Both the position numbers and the translations under genes were made by a program. From Octopus vulgaris (taxonomy: Eukaryota): DNA of 64,000 bases. Where the stretch lies: contig OX597824.1 of the NCBI GenBank assembly GCA_951406725.2, positions 52,452,001-52,516,000 of the forward strand. The letters run 5' to 3'. Below, in pieces: positions 54,313-64,000 of the stretch (positions are counted from its first letter, which is position 1; each line of letters starts with the position of its first letter). The notes beneath the pieces are model-generated. The model did not search any database. It was not told the origin of the DNA and worked only from the letters and a program-made list of their open reading frames with translations.

Positions 54313-57184
54313 TGACAATTAACTGATTGTCCTATATTATATTATATTATACTTTATTTAAAAGCAGCAGAAATTCAACAAAGCCTGTTACTCGGAGTTT
54401 GTTATATTTATGTGTTTACTCCAGTATATTATATATATATATATATATATATATGCATATTTATACATATATAAACACTTGTGCGTGTTATGTAATATGT
54501 ACATACACACATGTACATCTATGTGTGTGTGTATTTGTATGGTTGTGTGTATACGACTGAAAAACGCTGTAAATTTCTCTGAACCATAGTCTACTCATTG
54601 CTCCACATGCTCGCACAGTTTCTAACATTGAGTAATTATTATTGTTGTACTGATCTATATGATTCCTTTAAAAACCGCTAATGAAATATAGGTGTCCTAA
54701 GCCAAGTTATTGATTTCGATTGACGAAGCGATAGGCTGTCATTCATTTTTAGTTGACCTAAAGTCGATAGAATCGACATAGAATACTTACATTGGAGTTA
54801 AGTCAACTATTCACAGGAGCAGGGTAAATTCTATTAAATCGATGCTATTGTAGTACCGCTACTCATTCTATCGTCCCTGGAGGTTTATAATGCAGAAACT
54901 GTCGACGCCATCTAGATTTGATCTTTGGTTTCAAAGAGATGCAACTAAATACTTTAAAACACTTAACTGTTTCAGTCAAGTAAGAATGGCAAGTCGACTG
55001 AAATTGTGTGTAGTTTTACTGAATGTTTCACAAAAATTATTTTATTGTCCATCCATATGTCAAATTGAAATCCCGCTGGGGTCAGTTTTGCTTTTCATCC
55101 TTTTAGAATCAATAAAATAACTTCCAGTAGTGTATTGAGTTTGGTTAAATCGCCAATATTTCCTCCTCTGTAAAAATTGATATTGTTCTTAGACGGGAGA
55201 AATCGATATTATAGCTACAAGTAACAGTGATTAGTGTTCCGGTGAAGTCTCAGATCCTCCCTAATAAAGTACACCCGGAGCACACAGATAATAGGCCAAA
55301 CCACAAGGTGCGATCCACAAATTGAATAACTTCAAATATACCATACATCAGTCTAATTAGCAACTATACTTCACTTTCTGATGTTGAGTGATTGTTATTG
55401 TTGTTTAGCTTCTGGCTAGTCGTTATTGAGCTGACCTACGATCAAAGACGCTCGAGCCATGATCATCCTGTGTTTTTGTATATCAGGAATTACATTATCT
55501 AAAGTATCCTTCTTTACTTAAACGGTAGAGTGTGACTTGAAGGTGATTCGGTTGTTATTGTTAGAAAGTCGAGTGATTGTGTAGCGACCTCCACTTAGAT
55601 TGTAGTTGTGGCCACATTATAGTTGGACAAAGTGAACTGGGTCCAAGTATGAAAGCGTAACAGCTGCTGTTCTTCTGCACGTTTTATTGATGCTATAAAT
55701 TCAAAAACTGTTTTGGTCAAAGACAACTAGTTACTTGAAATGGTGATACACTGTATCACAGAACCCCTCAAGGGTTTACTTGCGCTGCCACAAATTCTGC
55801 AATAAGTGTTCGAATCGCATCTGAAACAGTTTGGTTTTCTTTCCACTAAGATTCATGGCGTAAGTAACAGCAATATATTTATCTATTCGATCGGCCTTAC
55901 GCAATAAGAATTGCTTAGAAGTAAACAAAGTAATATGCTGGGTGGCTGAAGTTAATTATATTTCATTAGCAACATTGATGTCAGTTGTTTGCAACATTAT
56001 AGAATTGTCTATTTACTTATCGTAGTATTGGCAGCGTTATTGATAGTTACTAACGTCGTGTAAATTACGTAGCTATTGTATTGGTAATTTCAGACATAAG
56101 CGAAGGTCGTAGCTTGCAAGTATGATGTGAATAATTTATGCCGATATTGCATAGAGTAATGCACACTCAATCATTTCTGTGTTATTCATTGTCGAGAGAT
56201 TTAACTGCCCACAACAAAGCCATGCCATCTGTAAGTATTCAGCTGCTTTCTTTGTTGTTCTATAACTACGATAGCCATTGCTATAATTCATAAGATCGTA
56301 ATGACAACACTGAAGACTTAGTCACAGAGTAAGTCAGTTTGATTGAAAGCATGTTTCTTCAATCTTAAGCTAAAGGCGAAGTTGAATGCATGATTGTAAA
56401 CAAATAAACATTCGGAAACTTTACCACGTCTTTTGGCAACCATGATACACATATTCACAGTTAGTTGGTCCATTCCTAAAGTACATCTTTACAATTAGTT
56501 GATACTATCATGAGATGCATCATTACAGTTTGAGTCATTGATGTTTATGTATTTCGACGACAAATAAAAACCAGTGCTTATGTTGAAGACGAACCACTGA
56601 GCTTTACCTGGTTGATTGTTCTCTACTCTGTATGCTGAGTTTTGTTTGTGCAAAAACTGGTTGCGTGTCGAAACAGTCCGAAAATAAAGCTCATTTTAAA
56701 AAAAATTAATAAACATTGGCAAGAGAGAGCCAATTTCCAAACTGCAGAAATTAAATATTGCAGATAAAAGTTTCTACCTTGGCTACATATTAAATTCAGT
56801 GCAAAACTGACCCATATAGAGTAGCGTGTTAATGTTTGCTTCTCTAGACACCTCCAGCATCTGAAAAGGCGCCAGCCAATAACCAATTTTGCCGCTGTAT
56901 TGGCTTTGATTAGCAAATTAGAAAACATCTTAATTAAACCTTTAGAAAATGTTAGTATTTATAACATTTCTGCTTTGCGGAATTCTTCACATTCACTTCT
57001 CTCTCTATTATATTATACATATATATATATATATATATATCATTATATATATGTGTGTGTGTCAGTGTGTCTGCATGTGTATAACTATCTATCTATCTAA
57101 TCTCTCACTCTCCCTATATATATACGTGTGTGTGTGTGTGTGTGTGTGTATACATGTATACACATTTTCACACAGGCATACAAA

Positions 57185-57226
<42 letters not shown>

Positions 57227-57309
57227 TTACACAAATATACATATATGACAGATGATAACCGTCCCATCAACACACCCCACACCCCATCATACAGCACAGT
57301 CTCCGTTGT

Positions 57310-57860
57310 TGCACCCTCAGATGACTTTTAAGACTAGCTGCTGACTGACAGGGTTTAAAACACAAGTAACAGATATTATTCAAGTTTCTTCTATAACTTT
57401 GCCCCTTGGAATCTGATTTTGAAGGATGCTTTTGTGAACTAGCATATTTCTTTGAAGTCCAGATATTGTCTTATACACGTCTGGTGACCTATGACACAAG
57501 TCATATGAGGCAGTTTGTGTTCAAGATTACCTACCTGGGCATTTCGATTTTCATGTGACTTCATATAATTCACGTATCCTGCTTTTGGCAACAGAACACG
57601 ATCACATATGATATATATCCAATGTTCACTGTTGATTTCATTTCCAATTGTTCCCCTGCGACAGGCCCTTTTAAGCTCACATTGTTGAATCATCTTTTTC
57701 TCCCAGGCATTGCAACCAGTCCTAACAGCACCTCTCCTCTTGTTCCGATCTAGAACATAAACTTCCCAATCACTTTTGTTCATATCTAGTTTCTTCAGAT
57801 TTCCCTTCATACAATCTTTATACCTTTTACTCGCCTAATGTTGTGGTTATGTTCCATGAA
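57310..57860 (-). mobile_element. RTE-clade LINE 3' fragment
   Basis: KRYKDCMKGNLKKLDMNKSDWE...DRNKRR, followed by a C2H2-like CDRVLLPKAGYVNYMKSH. Confidence 0.75.
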
Positions 57861-58330
57861 GTTCTTGGGACAAAACCATGCGACTCTGGGACCTTAGCCA
57901 GTCTATTGTTGGCCAGTGTAAAGATGTTTTGAACGTTTCCTTTTCAAGTGACAATTATATCCGACTCCGTGATAAATCTATTAAATTTTGGAATACCCTT
58001 GGTGTTTGCAACTACACAATTACTGAAGAGGGTCACATACGCTGTGTCCGTTTTTCTCCAAGCACCACACACTCTATCATTGTGACCTATGGCCGGGATA
58101 ATATAGTAAAGGTGTGGAAGCCTACTAACTTCAAGCTGAAGACTAATCACTATCGTCATGCTGGATATTTGAACACTGTTACTGTTTTTCTTGATGATTT
58201 TCTCTGTATGTCATTGGCTTGGTCTGCTGATGATCAAATGTAGTTTACCGCTTACACAGATAATAACATTCGCGTCAGGCAATTGTCTACTACTACTCGG
58301 TGAACCTGTTCAGATTAATATCAGTAAAAG
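57861..58330 (+). pseudogene. RACK1: Processed RACK1 (GNB2L1) pseudogene fragment with internal deletions
   Basis: [56 protein letters not shown]...[17 protein letters not shown] and after a stop FTAYTDNNIRVRQLSTTTR*; intronless. Confidence 0.9.
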
Positions 58331-58553
58331 GATATATACAGCGAGGGAGTGACAGAGTGAAATGCATTTATACATCAATGTCTTATAGTTTATAAAAACA
58401 CATATATATGGATGAGTGTGTATATGTATATATGTGTGTGTGTGTCTATGTCTGCGTGTTTTGTATATACACACACACGCACGCATATGTGTGTGTGAGT
58501 ATAGAGTGTTTGAAGTGGCGTACAGTTATTGTATATTGAGAAAAATGAGGTAC

Positions 58554-58694
58554 TCAGAATTTTGGATAATTCTTTATTAGCGCTCTCATTTGTTTAACCG
58601 AACTCTTCGAAACAAAAATTTTGTTTTTAATTTTGTCTTGAAGAGTTCCGTTAAACGAACGAAAGCACTAAGAAAGTATTATCCAAAATTCTGA
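58554..58694. repeat. ~140-bp imperfect palindrome made of two outward-facing degenerate hammerhead motifs
   Basis: Right arm: tct TGAAGA gttc-cgttaaac-gaac GAAA gcac TA aga; the left arm (minus) reads TCGAAGAGTTCGGTTAAACAAATGAGAGCGCTA. Confidence 0.7.
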
Positions 58695-58714
58695 CCGCCT
58701 CCTTTTTCTCAATA

Positions 58715-58865
58715 TAAGGTGGTTGTTTACCCCTTATGCAGAGTTTGACCACCTCCTGAATCACCTTAAAACCATCATGGCATCTCATGTGGCTTTTTAA
58801 ACTAGATAATGTTCTGAAATGATACCCACATAGATTGCATATCTGATTTGGCCCACCAAACACGC
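58715..58865 (-). mobile_element. RTE-like LINE extreme 3' end
   Basis: ICNLCGYHFRTLSSLKSHMRCH C2H2 finger followed by a short tail. Confidence 0.55.
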
Positions 58866-59329
58866 ATAGTGAGAGAGAGAGAGAGAGATGTATATACATA
58901 TAGATAGATAGTCAGACAGACATATCCATATATAAAGATATATATTATACAGAATATAAATTATATATTATATATATTATATATAATATATAGATAAGGA
59001 TTCCAACCACATTTCGTGGTTTGCTATCTCAACAGCTCTTTTATAGGATCCAGTGGCTAAAGACATCATCACGTCTGGTGTCGGCCCCTACTCCCTACCA
59101 CACACACACACACTTTCGGAGGTGTCTTCAGCTCAGGTGATGAGTGTTTTTTTTTCTTTCTCTTATTTTATTTTCTTCTTTGGTTTCTTCGATACAGCAT
59201 CAACGAATGTCAGCGGGCGTATTTCTTTATTTACCCATAAAAGGTATAAAGGGACATTACAAAGGACGCACACGAACACTTACATTCTTACAAAGTCTTT
59301 TGAGATGAAATGAAAAAATCGAAGAAGTC

Positions 59330-60650
59330 TTTATTACTTTTCTCAGCTTTGAGCTCGAAAATGCAAACCTTCTTTTAAAGAACGTTGCCATTTTCCTTTC
59401 AATGAAGCCTCAAGCCTTGACTGCCAGGTGGTAATACTCGACAGTCCATCCCTGTTCTCCGCACTATTCGATTAATCTCTCATACATCTTCTCCTTCCGT
59501 TACTCTGTATTAGCAATGTTCTCTTCCCATGGCACTTTCAGCCCTAGCAAAATTTCAATTTTCCTTTCTGTGTTCCATAGGATTAAGTCCGGTCTTTTTG
59601 TTGTTTAAATGAGTGGAAATATTAACAGTCTTTCCAAATCAGCAGCCGGCTCCCAGTATCCCTTCCATCGTTCGTCTGTCTCGTATACTTTATCTGAAGG
59701 CCCGGCCTTATTTCCTTTTCCCTCCTTCTGGGAGTATATCTTCCCGCGCTTTTCTACTTTTGGGTACTCTCCCCTATTATATCCCTCGATCTTCTTGAAT
59801 GCTGCGCTTAGGACTTGATTGTGACGCCATATATATCTGTCTAGTGCCTGCAGTTTGACAGAACACGTCTCACCGTCGCTTTCTCTCCGCATCTACATTC
59901 ATCAGTTGTTTGTATGTTCTACTGGACTAAACTGGCCGTCCAAAGGTGGACTTGATCAGGAAAGATGTTCTTGCTTATTCCCAAGCTCAAAGTTCCTTCC
60001 ATGAGATTCTGCGACTGACTTTTACATGTTCCCCCCATCTCAGGTACTGTCCCCGTTGACTACATTGCACCAAATGTACATTTCACCTTTCTTCTTCCTA
60101 TTTTCTCATTTCGTGTACCACTGCCTCTTTCATCTCTTTTACACTGTTCATGCAAAATGGCTTGAATGGCGCAACCCTATACCGGCTCTTGCTTCTTGTG
60201 TCGCTCTAACTATATCGGCATACTTTAGCTTTCCGATAGCCCTATTTACTGCCTCTTCCGCTTTCCATTTCCCCCCTCTTCATACCTTTGGAGGGTTTCC
60301 TTGGATGTTCTGAAATTTCAAATACCTTAGTATCATTACTGTCCTTGCTTTTCCTGCCTTATATTCTTCGGCGATTGATGTTATCGGTAGTTGCAGTACG
60401 GGTTTTTCATGTAGTACACTTGTATTCAGTGGTTTTGGAAGACCAAGCCATTTTCTGATAAACACACTGCGTCTTTGTTCCATCCTTTCTACTCTGATCG
60501 AAGCTATTTCGTACATTTACATTGGCCACATTATCCTTGGGTACAGTCTAAATTGCAGTATCCAGCATTTGAATTTCCCCGGTAATGTTGTTCTATCAAT
60601 TGCCTTTAGTCCCTGTTCCCCTAAATCACGTTTCATTGCTTTACTTCTTA
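59330..60650 (-). pseudogene. Degenerate HERO-clade RLE LINE (post-RT to endonuclease)
   Basis: LPGKFKCWILQF, MYEIASIRVERME...IRKWLGLP...LQLPITSIAEEYK, RYIWRHNQVL, RPDLILW...LKVPWEEN. Confidence 0.85.
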
Positions 60651-60881
60651 TCAACTGTGGAATGACCCTCGCTATTATTTATTTCTGGCCACACGTCATC
60701 TGATTTTTCAACCTTTTGAATCACTTTCTTCTGACACACCTTTCCTTGGTGAATTCTAAGCCCGATGTAACTAGAAAGCACCTTTCCGCAGCAGCTGAAT
60801 TCTCATCTACCTTTCCTTTACCGCTTCCTTTCTCGTTGCATTTCCGGTCTGAGTCCTTTCCTTTTTCTGTTCTTGTTTGAT

Positions 60882-61408
60882 CAATGATGGGACACATTTT
60901 AAATTATAAAAATGACATAGATTATAAAAATGACATTATTACTTAACTGATATACAGCAGTTCAATATATTATCTAAGATTTGAATATTACATCCTGGTG
61001 ATGGTCATTCACGAGCTCGCTTTCTCATATCAAGTATACTGCGGATTAGCATATCAACTGGAATGGCTGCAATCTCCTTTCTCACGGAAGTTTGTAACAG
61101 TATACAGGATCAGATTTCAAGATAGTGTCTGTCACTTTCAAAAACGCTGTCGGAATTTTTCTTTGGGCTGCAACGATGTATCTTTGGCTAATGAAGTATG
61201 CTTCGACCATGTGTGCAATTTCTTTTGGAGTCCACAATATTATGAGGGTCACAAATACCAACTACTTGTAAAAAGTAGTAAAATCGTAGCTATGTTAAAC
61301 TCCTGTATATCAGTTATGTAATAAATATATTTGGTACTCTATGACATTTTTATAATCCACGATACTAGCATTTAAAATGTGTCCCATCATTATGGTCCAC
61401 CCCGTATA
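60882..61408. mobile_element. Tc1/mariner-type MITE (left end incomplete)
   Basis: AATGATGGGACACATTTTAAAT at 60883 inverted to ATTTAAAATGTGTCCCATCATT-ATGGTCCACCCCG-TA at 61371-61408. Confidence 0.55.
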
Positions 61409-61517
61409 CATATATAGCGTATTATCTATTTTATAAATATATGATATATATTATATACAAATTGTACTATACATATTACAATATATGTAATATATAGTAC
61501 TATATATATTAATGTAT

Positions 61518-62030
61518 ATACATAAATATAAGAGAGAATTTTTTACCACTATGTGGAAACACTTATGCTAGAAGAAGATCCGCTCATTTTGATTTTAATT
61601 TTAGATTAATACGTTCTCAAACCGGATAAAGTCTACTGCAGTGAATTATTTTATGCAGTACTATTTCCGGTAATTTAGCGCACCTATACGAAGACTTTTA
61701 AAAATAACCACAAATGTAATAGGTACAACTGCATACATTTTCAATATCGTGTTGATGTCTGGCGTGAAGTTCTGCAAATTATGTTTTTATAGACGATCAT
61801 ACTGAAGATCTACAGATAAATTGCGTAAGTAAAATTACGTAATTTATTAATAGTAAAACAATTGTTTATGATTAGTCTATATTTTTGTTACTTTTCATTT
61901 GTCTTGCTCGCTTACGTTTCTGGTGCTTGCAGAATTTTCTGCAGAACTCTTAGTGGTTAAGACCATAGCGGATCTTTTCTAGCATAAGGATTTCCACATA
62001 GTGGTAAAAAATTCCCTTATATTTATGTAT
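61518..62030. repeat. Element with ~65-bp terminal inverted repeats in TA-rich DNA
   Basis: ATACATAAATATAAG..GAATTTTTTACCACTATGTGGAAA..CTTATGCTAGAA.AAGATCCGCT versus its reverse complement at 61967-62030. Confidence 0.75.
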
Positions 62031-63182
62031 GTAATACATATTTTTATATGCTAGACCATTGGCGTTAAAATTGATGTTATCAAATTAATATCCAATTTTC
62101 ACCCTCATTTTGATTTTATATTAATGTATATATATTTGTATATAGTAATGTATATATATTAAATATACGCATACACAAATACGCGCATACATACATGCAC
62201 ACACATACACATACATACATACATACATACATACATACATACATACATACATACATACATAAAGAAGAATTCCCAACTATCCAAACCGGATATTGATACT
62301 ATTTTAGCTGCTAGGAATACAATTGTTTAACTTAGTGAAAATTTTACTCATCGGGGCAGACCTGATGGTATCAATATAACAATGGGATCGAATGACTACA
62401 CAAGTTATTAATCCCGTTGGTATATACATTCTAGTTTGCATCAAAAACGAGGTCCGAAAAATAGGTGACTGTCAAAATAGGGTTACTGTAAATACAGAAA
62501 CGATGTTGCAAATTTTAATTTAGACAACAATGAAAATATTTCCGGCTATAATATTATTGTTACTATCAATCTGGCTCAACTGGGAATTGTCGTTAGCCGA
62601 ATCTGGGAAAAGTTGCCAGTGTTATTAATAGGGGCGTCTCAATTACTCTTAAATCATTTCTCCAAAACCAAAATCCGAACCCTTCTATTTCACAAAACAG
62701 TCGTGTAGCTAATGGATTAAATAGGAACACTAAGCTTTGTGACAATCTAATTTCAGTAACTTATATAATAGTAATCGAATTTTCTAAATCGGCTCAATAA
62801 ATTTTGACCCAACATGAATATTACTACTGATCCTGCAACTCTCGCCACCCAAATACCTCCAGTAACAATATAACCAGTAATTCTCCACTACCTAAGACAC
62901 TTTATGTGTAACTGTAGAGTTCGATACAATTTCCCTTTGCGTTACCAGTACATAAAGAGAAATATATACTATATAAATGTTTCTTCTAGACACCAGATAA
63001 AGTGTACAGTTACAACAGTACTACAGTGTCAAAATCTACATTGACCTGAAGTAATCATATACATTCTAGTATATGAATCATCCGTTTCTTATCTTGCTCC
63101 TAACTTCCTTCATGATTTCCACTTCCATATTTTACTATCTTGCATAAGCAATTACTGATAGAGTATACCATTTATATTTTAC

Positions 63183-63310
63183 CTCTTTCAGTTATTGGAC
63201 TGCGGCCATGCTGGGGTTCGGCCTTAGTCGAAAAAATCAGCCCCTGAACTTAAGACCCAAGGACGTACACACAGCAGCTCTGGTTGTCAAGCGGTGGGAT
63301 GAAGGACAAG
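63183..63310 (-). mobile_element. OR-type SINE 3' fragment
   Basis: TTTCAGTTATTGGACTGCGGCCATGCTGGGG is the reverse complement of the 15655-15690 tail. Confidence 0.6.
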
Positions 63311-63631
63311 CACAAAGACACATACATATACACACTTATACAAATACACACATACACACAAACACACACAAATACATAAGCATTTATATGAAATATATGA
63401 TAAACAAATGAGGTGAATACATTTGTTTTCTAGGCACGTTTCTCTTTGTCGCTATTTGTTTCTTCTGTGGTGTGTGTTAACGCAGAACCACTGTATATAT
63501 ATATATACATCTGTGTGTGCGCGGGCGTGTGTGTGTGCGTGCGTATGTTCAAGTATAAACAATTTTTTCAGTTCATAAATGTTTATCTTTGTGTATTTAT
63601 GCATATATATATACATATATATATATATATA

Positions 63632-63677
<46 letters not shown>

Positions 63678-63847
63678 TTTATACATGCATACATAAATAT
63701 ATGTGTGTATATGTATGTATTTGTAAATGTATATACATGTAAGAAACTGTATACAATTATACATGCATTCACATATATATAGATATATAGCCAGATAGAC
63801 TGATAGATTGGCACACAGACTGTCAGTCGGATGGACGGATGGACGCA

Positions 63848-63890
63848 TAGATAGATAGATAGATAGACAGATAGATAGATAGATAGATAT

Positions 63891-63965
<75 letters not shown>
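63848..63965. repeat. (GATA)n microsatellite; representative of many (TA)n, (CA)n, (TATG)n, (AAG)n, (TAG)n and (GCT)n tracts in the window
   Basis: Directly visible. Confidence 0.95.
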
Positions 63966-63966
<1 letters not shown>

Positions 63967-64000
63967 CTTCCTTTATTGGCCGCACAGGGTTGAACATAGA

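Noticed and set aside
59047-59136. Possible AG...GT bounded host exon
   Set aside because: Contains a (CA)n tract and has no protein similarity; the splice-like dinucleotides could be chance.

Overview
AT-rich, microsatellite-dense eukaryotic DNA with no recognisable intact host gene. The SINE families and repeat make-up point to an octopus or other coleoid cephalopod (inference). Nearly everything identifiable is mobile DNA: a head-to-tail train of R4/Dong RLE-type LINEs inserted in (TAA)n (one with a long open RT-CCHC-RLE frame), HERO, RTE and CR1 LINE fragments, several mariner/Tc1 relics (one nested), two non-autonomous Helitrons, a Merlin-like MITE with an 8-bp TSD, tRNA-derived SINEs, a RACK1 retro-pseudogene fragment and two 18S rRNA fragments. 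The most interesting signal is invisible in the ORF track. Many short non-coding elements sit between (TG)n/(TA)n tracts and carry minimal type I hammerhead ribozyme motifs with palindromic stem III. They occur as palindromes, as a 1.2-mer direct repeat, inside a TIR-like element, beside a Penelope-type GIY-YIG remnant, and fused to an 18S rRNA fragment. This looks like a (TA)n-targeting Penelope-like/retrozyme system that can also capture cellular RNA. All structures were read by eye and none was computed or searched.
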